Shown: positions 35,792 to 44,366 of the stretch, piece by piece | Numbering within the stretch: the stretch's first letter is position 1 | Layout of the letters: the number at the start of each line of letters is the position of its first letter | Assembly (NCBI GenBank): GCA_964389655.1 | Contig: CAYMED010000007.1 | Coordinates: 31,399-91,936, forward strand | Origin: an uncultured Candidatus Poseidoniales archaeon | Lineage (GTDB): Archaea > Thermoplasmatota > Poseidoniia > Poseidoniales > CAYMED01 | Direction: 5' to 3' | DNA: 60,538 bases | Notes under the pieces: model-generated | The model's input: only the letters and a program-made list of their open reading frames with translations | Databases searched by the model: none | What the model was told of the DNA's origin: nothing | Position numbers and translations under genes: made by a program

Positions 35792-38695
35792 TTACCAAGC
35801 ATCGGCACCATCATCTGAATAATCAAGAAGTGCTTCAGAATGATCGGCGATTGAAGAACGCCGGTTGATACCCAGCCTTTTAGCCATAGCAGATGCACCT
35901 CCAGTGAGACCAATATTGAATTTTAGCAAGAAAGCAAAGATCGCTGGCAGGAGTACAAGTGCAGAAGATGCCGCTATGATCAAGAGCACGATGATGACGG
36001 TTACGAAAGGTTTGACTTCAGGAATGGGGATCATGTAGGCAGTCCAAAGTCCAAATGTAGTTACAACGGTTGCTTCAGTAAGTGACATTCCTGTCGAAAC
36101 AGTCGCTTTCTCAATTGCCTCTAATGTCCCACCAAGTTCTCGTATCCGGTTCGAAATATGGATCGAATAGTCTACGCCAACTCCAATCACGATGGAACCA
36201 ATCATCACAGTTACCAAGGAGAGGGTAATGTCAAGCCCCCACATGACAAGCCACTGTAGACCAACGGTTGCCACAACCGGAATTGTGGTCCACACAGCAT
36301 ACCGCAAATCTCGGAATACGATCGCGAGGGTGAGCAGGGTGAGCAGAACTGCAAAACCCAAACTCGTCCATTGTGAGTCTACAATGAGGTTGTTGACTGC
36401 AATTGTTACTGCAGCTACGCCCGTTAGATCCTGAACATTGACTGAGCCATAAGGATATGAAATCCAGCGATTTACGTCATCCACAGCCACAGAAGTCTCC
36501 GACACGGGGAGAAATGGCATATTCACATAAAGCAGGGTTCGAGTATAGTCTTTTGATACAAAAAATTCTCGTGTTTCATTGGTTAAACTGTCATAGAATA
36601 CATTGAGCATAAATGACTGTGATTCAGTATTTTCCAACCCCTGTAACACCTCCCAGAAACTCGTATCTTGGTTTACTTGTTGGTCGAGAACGGTTTGTGC
36701 AATGTCCTTGATTTCAGAAGGAACGCCCGGTGTATCACGAATGATTTCCCAAATAGGGGTTCCAGATACATTCGCCTCAAGGCCAACAGCTTTCATAAGG
36801 AAAGTTATCCCAATTGCAGTTGTATTTTCTACAGATGAGACGCGGTCCGTAAGAAGATCAATTTGTGCTAGATTTTCAGCAGGGTCCGTTCCGCCAAAGG
36901 GTTGTTCTCGGACGGCACCTTCGCAGAGGATCATTCCAATTTGGCCAGCATTGAAATCATTGCTATATTCCCCCATTTTGGCCACTGCTTGCTCATCTGG
37001 AGGGGCCATCTTTAGGAGGTCTATGTTCCTCTCTATGGCCGGTTGGGCCCAAATTGCTGATCCTGCGAGCAATATACCAAAAATCAGAAGAACGATCCCT
37101 GGGCGTTGTGTCGGCACTGAAACTACTGCAGTAAACACTCGAGGTGTTTCATGTTTCGGTTTATCAAGGTCCAGTAACATGGTCAAATTTGGCACCATGA
37201 CCATTGTCAATAGATACACAACGACAATGCCCCCTGAAAGGATGAAACCAATTGTCCGAATTGGAGCTAATGGTGTGAAGGTGAGGGAGAAAAACCCGAT
37301 CAGTGTGGTGAGGGCCGAGAGCATAACTGCACGTCCAGTAGATGAAAGCGCAACTGCCATTTTTTCCTCCCGTGTGCCACTTTCCTCTGCATACCGATTA
37401 GTGATATGAAGGCCATACGAAACACCAAGAGCAAGCAAAATTGGCCCTACAATGATAACAGTCATTGTAACCTGAACACCGAAATATCCCACGATGCCGA
37501 GTGTCCAAAACACAGCGCAAAGTGTCGGAAGGCCAGTAATCACGACGACTTTGATACCTTGAAGTGCGCGCACCCTGAAGGTCTGAATGAAATCAGAATG
37601 AAATAGAAATAGTCCAAAACATACGGCGATTCCAGTTAAGGGAAACACAGACCAAAAACTAGAGACAATGCTCTCGGTAACTGCTGAGGTAATCGGAACT
37701 GGACCGGTAAGTGTCATTGACAGACCCATCTCTTTCCATCCACGCTCCTCAGATAGTTCAGATAAAACACCGCTTGTGTACTCAATTACTTCATCAGCAG
37801 GTCGGTTCTCAGCAACGCCAACGATGATTACTGCTCGATCCCACACACCATCTGGTTCGCCAACGGGTCGAGTATCTCGGACGAGATAGTCAAGTGCATT
37901 CTCTGGTAATTGGTCAACGATTTGGGATATTCTAGTTTCACTAGGAATCCGGTAAGACCCAAGAAGATCTTCATTCGCGTCGATCTGCTCCGCAATGAGT
38001 TTACTGGCATCAGAACCGAGGGGGAGTTCCCGGAGAGATTCATCCAAGATTGCCTTGGTGACTCTAGGCAAGCTCGAATTGAGTTCTTTTACAACGGTCG
38101 AGATAGAAAGAACATAGATCGCATCATCGGAATATGGATCATCAATGTGAGGGTTGACCTGTTGTTCCACCAGATCAATTTCTCGCATGATAGACTCGCT
38201 TGTTACATTGATCGTTTCTGACTCAACATAGACGATCATGACATTAGTGGTCCACCCAGACTCACTTTCAATTGCCGCGAGTTGGCGGGCCACTTCTCCT
38301 TCTTCTCCTTGTCCTTCTGGAAGATAAGCATCAAGATCCCCGTTCACATTGAGGGCCTTGTCTCCTACACCTGCCCATTGAGTCATTGCACCTGCCTGAT
38401 ATGCAAAAAATGCCGATGAAACTATACACGCAATCACAACAACCAAGGGAAAGCGAGTCAGGAGGCCAACTACCCCCATTTCTCGCAATTCCCTCCTAAT
38501 TTTTGCCCGACTTGAGCGAATTAATTCGGAGCGTTCGATAGAATCCATCTCACGGATTTCTTTGCTCCGGCTGAGAACCTGTTTTCCGCCTTTCCTCAAG
38601 AAATCCCTTGAACGTCGAACCTTTGCGCGCAAGCGATCCTGTAGGTCATGAAGCCGGGAGCCCTTCGGGTCGGGAGCCTCCGAATCAGAACCCAT
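35792..38695 (-). CDS. MMPL/RND superfamily transporter
   Basis: Two repeats, each one TM helix, a large loop and five TM helices; GRAVMLSALTTLIGF, GVGVDYSIH and LVLLPA motifs. Start set at ATG 38695. Confidence 0.9.
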   Translation of the reverse strand: MGSDSEAPDPKGSRLHDLQDRLRAKVRRSRDFLRKGGKQVLSRSKEIREMDSIERSELIRSSRAKIRRELREMGVVGLLTRFPLVVVIACIVSSAFFAYQAGAMTQWAGVGDKALNVNGDLDAYLPEGQGEEGEVARQLAAIESESGWTTNVMIVYVESETINVTSESIMREIDLVEQQVNPHIDDPYSDDAIYVLSISTVVKELNSSLPRVTKAILDESLRELPLGSDASKLIAEQIDANEDLLGSYRIPSETRISQIVDQLPENALDYLVRDTRPVGEPDGVWDRAVIIVGVAENRPADEVIEYTSGVLSELSEERGWKEMGLSMTLTGPVPITSAVTESIVSSFWSVFPLTGIAVCFGLFLFHSDFIQTFRVRALQGIKVVVITGLPTLCAVFWTLGIVGYFGVQVTMTVIIVGPILLALGVSYGLHITNRYAEESGTREEKMAVALSSTGRAVMLSALTTLIGFFSLTFTPLAPIRTIGFILSGGIVVVYLLTMVMVPNLTMLLDLDKPKHETPRVFTAVVSVPTQRPGIVLLIFGILLAGSAIWAQPAIERNIDLLKMAPPDEQAVAKMGEYSNDFNAGQIGMILCEGAVREQPFGGTDPAENLAQIDLLTDRVSSVENTTAIGITFLMKAVGLEANVSGTPIWEIIRDTPGVPSEIKDIAQTVLDQQVNQDTSFWEVLQGLENTESQSFMLNVFYDSLTNETREFFVSKDYTRTLLYVNMPFLPVSETSVAVDDVNRWISYPYGSVNVQDLTGVAAVTIAVNNLIVDSQWTSLGFAVLLTLLTLAIVFRDLRYAVWTTIPVVATVGLQWLVMWGLDITLSLVTVMIGSIVIGVGVDYSIHISNRIRELGGTLEAIEKATVSTGMSLTEATVVTTFGLWTAYMIPIPEVKPFVTVIIVLLIIAASSALVLLPAIFAFLLKFNIGLTGGASAMAKRLGINRRSSIADHSEALLDYSDDGADAW

Positions 38696-38767
38696 CAGGA
38701 TGAAGAGATCGTTCACCCTCTTTGAAAGGGACGCAGCAAATGCCCGCCTACAGTGCAGTTGGAAGTA

Positions 38768-40681
38768 TCATGTGTATGGCGGGTGAGAATTTTGTGCGGT
38801 TGAATGAGGCAAGTGTGCATGTTGTATTTGCACCTCTAATTCTGTCTTTCTATCCTCATAAATTTGGGTCAGAATTTGATATTGGCCCTGATCAATCTGT
38901 TCTTGGAACATTGCTAATCTGCAATCTTCTCTGTAAACTTGATCGAGATGTTGCACAGTAGGAGCCGCGCGAATCTCATCAATTAGTTCACGGGCCTTTC
39001 TGCGCTTGGCAGATCGAAGTTGTCTGCCAATGATGATACCAATGACAGGCAAGAGCATCGCGATGAAGATCCCCAATAAATCGAGGTTCCATCGCTGGTA
39101 GATGCTCTGTTTTTGAGATGCTAATTCAGCAGATTCAGCGTCACCTGCCACCTCACTGTTGTTAGCATCTGTTGTTGAATTCAGGGATGTTTGATTCGGT
39201 GAAGTCCCAATACTCGAAGAATTCTCAATGGTCTTGTTCTCCACGATAGTGGTGTTTGTACCTCCACCATTCGCAACGGATGAATTGTCATGGGCATCTT
39301 CATCAACATCAACTTCACAGCCAAATCCATCTACTGAAATTCCAATTGCAGTGTTAGGACAATCATCTTCAGAATCTTGGATACCATCGTTGTCGTCATC
39401 GATGTCCTCATTGGAGTCCTGGCAACCATCTGTGTCGTGATCGGTGAAGGAGCCGGAGGTCCATCCGAGGTCCCCAGTTGGGCACGTGTCCACTAGATCT
39501 GCAATTCCGTCGTTGTCATCATCGGTATCCTCGTCGGAGTCATGACAGCCGTCTGTGTCGTGGTCAGTGGCCGAACTCGAGGCCCATCCGAGGTTCCCGG
39601 CCGCGCAGTCGTCGGATGTATCGGTGACCCCGTCGTTGTCATCATCCAAATCTTCCCCACCATCTTGACAACCATCGTTATCGTGGTCGGTTCCACTCTT
39701 TGATGACCAGTCCTTCTCACCTGGCGTGCAATCATCGTTTACATCCACGACACCATCATTGTCGTCATCATTGTCTTCTGTTGAGTCATGACATCCATCA
39801 CCATCATGGTCATACGAAGCATCTCCTGCAACCCAGTTCGTCATTCCCGTATCACATGTGTCGAGCCCATCGATGAGGCCGTCATTATCATCATCGTCAT
39901 CCTCACTGCTGTCCTTGCATCCATCACCATCATGGTCATTCTGGCTGTTAGAGGTCCAGCCTTTGACACCCAATTGGCAATCATCATTCCCATCTATGAT
40001 GCCATCTCCATCGTCATCATCATCACAAGAATCACCTTCATCATCATCATTGTGATCTTCCTGCCCGAAATTTTGGACAGAGGGGCAATTATCATCTCCA
40101 TCTGCAATTCCGTCCCCATCTGTGTCCGCAGCATAGAGCCAAAAATCACGAATCTTAAGAAACAGTTCATCTGCATTCTCGGCATTGCCAGAATTTTCAG
40201 AATGTGTTCGTATCTTGATTTCGTTGTTTGACCCTATGTGATCCGAATTTAGGGGATATTGGACAAGAGTCCACCCCCCAAGTGAGCCAGACTTACTAGT
40301 TACTAAATCCCAACGCGAATAAGTGTGATCATAGATCTTAATCTCGCCTTTTGAACCAATTGGGGTAAACGTGTCAATCGAATAAAGATGCCATTCAAAT
40401 TCAAGTTGGCTAGGTGAATCGCTCACAGTCAGTGTATAATCAACTGTAATCCAAGCGGGTGTGCACCCGCCTGGAGGGGTAGAAGAGCATGCCTTCGAAT
40501 TGATCGTGGATTCAGTAGAATTTAACCCGTCGTATGAACTGGAAAGGCTCGTTGAGTAAGACAGAGAACTCTTCGACTCCTGCGTGCTACCTGATTTGGA
40601 AAGAGAGACGCCTCCGAGGGCTGAACCGGGAAGAAGGAGAACTGTAATCGCGACGGCGGCAAAGATGTGGCGAGTCTCCAT
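38768..40681 (-). CDS. Exported thrombospondin type-3 repeat protein with a C-terminal TM anchor
   Basis: Signal peptide, beta-rich N-domain, Asp-rich repeats, Asn/Ser/Thr-rich linker, TM helix and cytoplasmic tail. Confidence 0.85.
   Translation of the reverse strand: METRHIFAAVAITVLLLPGSALGGVSLSKSGSTQESKSSLSYSTSLSSSYDGLNSTESTINSKACSSTPPGGCTPAWITVDYTLTVSDSPSQLEFEWHLYSIDTFTPIGSKGEIKIYDHTYSRWDLVTSKSGSLGGWTLVQYPLNSDHIGSNNEIKIRTHSENSGNAENADELFLKIRDFWLYAADTDGDGIADGDDNCPSVQNFGQEDHNDDDEGDSCDDDDDGDGIIDGNDDCQLGVKGWTSNSQNDHDGDGCKDSSEDDDDDNDGLIDGLDTCDTGMTNWVAGDASYDHDGDGCHDSTEDNDDDNDGVVDVNDDCTPGEKDWSSKSGTDHDNDGCQDGGEDLDDDNDGVTDTSDDCAAGNLGWASSSATDHDTDGCHDSDEDTDDDNDGIADLVDTCPTGDLGWTSGSFTDHDTDGCQDSNEDIDDDNDGIQDSEDDCPNTAIGISVDGFGCEVDVDEDAHDNSSVANGGGTNTTIVENKTIENSSSIGTSPNQTSLNSTTDANNSEVAGDAESAELASQKQSIYQRWNLDLLGIFIAMLLPVIGIIIGRQLRSAKRRKARELIDEIRAAPTVQHLDQVYREDCRLAMFQEQIDQGQYQILTQIYEDRKTELEVQIQHAHLPHSTAQNSHPPYT
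39350..39990 (-). repeat. Five tandem ~41-aa coding repeats, consensus DxCxxGxxxWxSxxxxDHDxDGCxDxxEDxDDDNDGxxD
   Basis: Visible directly in the translation; the units begin DDCQLG, DTCDTG, DDCTPG, DDCAAG and DTCPTG. Boundaries are approximate. Confidence 0.85.
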
Positions 40682-40782
40682 TAGATGGGGACGCATGATC
40701 TACTGATTGAAGATTCCGGGGAAAGTGATGGTCCCGGCGCGTTCAAGAATCCATGCCTCAGGCCCCGGTCGGGGACAACAGA

Positions 40783-43281
40783 ATGGCCGAGCCGCGTATC
40801 GCCGATAAGCGATGGTCGATTGACCTCGAAAAACGCATCCAAAAAGAACACGACGCAAAGACATCTGAATACCAACGCCGTTATGGGTTCAACCCTCATG
40901 ACGATCGTGAAATATTTGTCATTGACACTCCCCCACCCTATCCAAGTGGCACATGGCACATTGGCGCTGTTGCACAGTACTCGATGATCGATGTCATTGC
41001 GAGATCCCAGCGTCTGCTAGGAAAGGCAGTATATTTCCCATGGGGTGTTGATCGAAATGGAATCAATATCGAATTCACTGTTGAAGCAAAAACCGGTCGT
41101 AAAATGAAAACATTTGATCGCGCCGAATTTATTGACATTTGCACAAAGACCATCGAACCATATACTCAGGCAATGAGGAACACAGCACGTAGAGTTGGAC
41201 TTTCATGCGATTTTGAGAAGGAATACCTGACCGACGCACCCAATTATCGTGCAATCACGCAATCCATTTTTATCGATCTTTTTGAAAAAGGAGACATTAT
41301 AGAAGATTTACGTCCAAACCTGTATGATCCCGTAGAAGGCACAACAATTGCAGACGCAGAAGTTGAGCGGCAATCACGCACTACAAAACTCATCGATGTT
41401 CGGTGGACAACTAAAACAGGAGAAGACGTAATCATCTCGACAACCCGCCCTGAATTGATTTGTGCATGTGGCGTTGTTGTTGTCCACCCAGAGGATGAGC
41501 GATATAGACATCTCGTTGGGGAACAAATCCATCTGCCCGTACCAACGCTTAATAGGGAAGAAACTGTAGAAATCCGTACACATCCAAGTGTCAAATCGGA
41601 ATTTGGATCAGGAGTCCTGATGGTCTGCTCCTTTGGTGATCAAAATGATGTATCCATATTTAGAGAATTGGGATTGCAGCCATTTGCAGCTATCGATCTT
41701 GAAGGCAAGTTGACTGACGTAGCAGGCCCGCTATCCGGGATGAGCGTAATTGATGCACGGAGTCATATTACTGAATGGCTCGATGCAGAGAATCGAATCA
41801 CCAGCATCGAAGAGCGGGAACAGGAAATCCCAATCTCTGAACGCGGCAAAAATCCTGTGGAAATCATTCTTCTCAAAGAATGGTATGTGAAGCAGACGCA
41901 CAAGCAAGACCGGATGCGGGAACTCATTGAGGAAATCGAATTTCATCCCAAGAGGAATCGCCAGTATCTACTTGATTGGATGGATGGAATCACGATAGAC
42001 TGGCCAATCAGTAGAAGACGGTGGTATCACACCGAAATCCCCATTTGGTATACTGACGATGGAAGCAAAGTCATCATTCCACCAAAGGGACACTATGTTC
42101 AGCCTTGGAAAGAAAAGCCACCACAGGGAAGCCAAGTCCTCGACCGCAACACCCGCGAGGTGATCGGGTCATGGGATGAGATGCAAGATCATTTGCACGA
42201 AGCCATTGGGGAAGAGAAAGTCTTTGACACATGGATGGATTCATCAAACTCGAACCTTTTTGTTTCGGGATATGGACACGGGGAAGAGGCTTTTGAGAGG
42301 GCATTCCCCACTAGCTTAAGGCCCCAGGGGAAAGAAATTGTTCGCACTTGGTTGTACTATACATTGCTCAAATCTGCACTTGTTCTTGACAAACCCGGAT
42401 TCAAGCATGCTTGGATTGATGGCCTCGGAATGGACCCATGGGGCCGCAAGATGTCAAAATCTTTGGGCAATGGGATTGATGCTGATTCGGTACTTGAATG
42501 CGGAGCAGGAGGACGAACTGGTTCCTGGAAAGTACGAGGCCCTGATGGAAAGCAAGTCCATCTACAAGCCAAGAAAATTGGATCCGAGTGCTTTCGCTTG
42601 TGGAAAGCATGTGAAGCGCAAGTAGGTGATGATTTCCACATCAACCCAGAAGAAATCGAGCAAAAATACTTCGGAGTGCTGACAAAATTGTTCAATGTAG
42701 CAAGGTTTGCTTCTCAATTTGATGTCCCTAATGGACTAGAGGCGCCCCCAGAATTTGCGCTGCTGGTGGAAGATCGCTGGATCTTAGCTGAATTTTCAGA
42801 AGTCCTAAGCACAGTTGAAGCTGCTTGGAGAGGCATCGACATCTACACTGCAGGACAGGCATGCAAAGCATTTGCAACAGGGGTTTTCCCGTCACATTGG
42901 CTTGAAATGGCCAAAACAAGATTGTACGACGGGGATGAAAATGCGGCTTGGGTGTTGCACCGAATTGTTCGAGACCTCCTAGCCATCATGTCCCCAATTA
43001 CTCCATTCCTCTGCCATTATCTCTCAGAAACGCTCTATGGAGCAAGTGCACTTGACGCCGCTGCTTATCCTAAACAAGCATTTGTAGATCTAACAGTGGG
43101 GAACGAAGAGGGAGATAATTTGCGCGGCCTGACACAGGCAATTGTTGAATTCAATTCAGGTGTTTGGAAGCAGAAAAAGGAGGAAGGAATCTCCCTAAAC
43201 GCAGAAATCGGGGAAATCAAAATCCCTCATGAAATCAGGTCATTCGATGATGTACTGAAGCGGATGCACAAACTAACCTAG
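40783..43281 (+). CDS. valS: Valine--tRNA ligase, archaeal type
   Basis: DTPPPYPSGTWHIGA (HIGH variant), STTRPE, FGSGVLMVCSFGD, DWPISRRR, VFDTWMDS, RPQGKEIVRTW and KMSKSLGN motifs. Confidence 0.95.
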   Translation: MAEPRIADKRWSIDLEKRIQKEHDAKTSEYQRRYGFNPHDDREIFVIDTPPPYPSGTWHIGAVAQYSMIDVIARSQRLLGKAVYFPWGVDRNGINIEFTVEAKTGRKMKTFDRAEFIDICTKTIEPYTQAMRNTARRVGLSCDFEKEYLTDAPNYRAITQSIFIDLFEKGDIIEDLRPNLYDPVEGTTIADAEVERQSRTTKLIDVRWTTKTGEDVIISTTRPELICACGVVVVHPEDERYRHLVGEQIHLPVPTLNREETVEIRTHPSVKSEFGSGVLMVCSFGDQNDVSIFRELGLQPFAAIDLEGKLTDVAGPLSGMSVIDARSHITEWLDAENRITSIEEREQEIPISERGKNPVEIILLKEWYVKQTHKQDRMRELIEEIEFHPKRNRQYLLDWMDGITIDWPISRRRWYHTEIPIWYTDDGSKVIIPPKGHYVQPWKEKPPQGSQVLDRNTREVIGSWDEMQDHLHEAIGEEKVFDTWMDSSNSNLFVSGYGHGEEAFERAFPTSLRPQGKEIVRTWLYYTLLKSALVLDKPGFKHAWIDGLGMDPWGRKMSKSLGNGIDADSVLECGAGGRTGSWKVRGPDGKQVHLQAKKIGSECFRLWKACEAQVGDDFHINPEEIEQKYFGVLTKLFNVARFASQFDVPNGLEAPPEFALLVEDRWILAEFSEVLSTVEAAWRGIDIYTAGQACKAFATGVFPSHWLEMAKTRLYDGDENAAWVLHRIVRDLLAIMSPITPFLCHYLSETLYGASALDAAAYPKQAFVDLTVGNEEGDNLRGLTQAIVEFNSGVWKQKKEEGISLNAEIGEIKIPHEIRSFDDVLKRMHKLT

Positions 43282-44357
43282 GCATTCACACTGCGGAAGC
43301 CATTCTGCCCCTCATATGCTTTGTTAAACATCACTCTAGCGAGTTTATAATCAAGTCTTCTACGTCTTTCTCCAGTTTTTGTATTGCCCATGAAAGCAGT
43401 CAGGAAGACATCATGTGTCGCTTCCCGGTATTCATCAATGGTTCTGTTGACTTCTGCAATGGTTGCATCGAGAACTTCACCCTCAATTTCAATATCTATG
43501 TATGTCAAATGCCTACTGCTCACTTTGATATTCTCACGAGGATAACCTAATTCATCCCCCCGACAGAAGCGAATGCACATTGAACCATCTTCCCTAGTCC
43601 CATCAACTGCACGGAATCCGAGAGGTCCATTTGGTGAGTTAAATCTCATCGGAGTTAATCTAGAATCCCCTGTCGCAAATGAATCATGGATTGCTTTCAG
43701 ATCAGGATAGTTACCAAGCAATTCATCATTTTTCCAAATCTGTTGAATAGGATTGGAACTTGAAAAAATCATGACGCAGACCGGATGCTCCGTATCGTCA
43801 AAGGGATTTTTCTCGAGGATCGTGATCGAGTGCAAATTTTCAATCCAATCGGGAAGGTCAGAGAGATCTTGAATCAAAGACTCAGGAACGACCCAGATCG
43901 AATCATCAAACCGCCGGATATTCTGGTCAATCGCAAGTTTGGCAAGGTCATCGAGAATGGGGAGGTTCCGTGGATTGTGCAGCGGTACATGCCCTTCTTT
44001 GAAGTAGCGAAACATGGGGGACCGCAAACGCCTTGCCGAATTTTTCGCGAGGTAAGGCGGATTTGTCAGTACAAATGCATTCTCATGTGAAATGATTTTC
44101 ATGATCGAATCATTTGGCTCACCCCACCCATGAGACGCACAAATCGTGGGATCACAATCGTGTCCCTTCACCTCAAACCCAAATGTTGATGCGATATTGA
44201 GCAGGTGTCCCTCACCCGCAAATGGATCGACACATGTAGTGTACGTATGTTGCAAGTTCGAAATCCAATCACGAATGTGGGGGCGAAGCCAAACTGCGTC
44301 GCGGGTGAAGAACTGCCCTAGGTCGCGCTTGTCCATCAAAGATCTGTATTCGTTCAC
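43278..44357 (-). CDS. DNA N6-adenine methyltransferase (gamma-class motif order), orphan
   Basis: GQFFT (motif X), VDPFAGEGHLL (motif I), TNPPYLA (motif IV) and FDDT (motif VIII). Confidence 0.85.
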   Translation of the reverse strand: MNEYRSLMDKRDLGQFFTRDAVWLRPHIRDWISNLQHTYTTCVDPFAGEGHLLNIASTFGFEVKGHDCDPTICASHGWGEPNDSIMKIISHENAFVLTNPPYLAKNSARRLRSPMFRYFKEGHVPLHNPRNLPILDDLAKLAIDQNIRRFDDSIWVVPESLIQDLSDLPDWIENLHSITILEKNPFDDTEHPVCVMIFSSSNPIQQIWKNDELLGNYPDLKAIHDSFATGDSRLTPMRFNSPNGPLGFRAVDGTREDGSMCIRFCRGDELGYPRENIKVSSRHLTYIDIEIEGEVLDATIAEVNRTIDEYREATHDVFLTAFMGNTKTGERRRRLDYKLARVMFNKAYEGQNGFRSVNA

Positions 44358-44366
44358 AGTTAATGA

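Noticed and set aside
35261-44357. EVE protein plus methyltransferase as a modification-dependent restriction system
   Set aside because: They are about 7.5 kb apart with unrelated genes between; the EVE protein is the common stand-alone type with no nuclease fusion.
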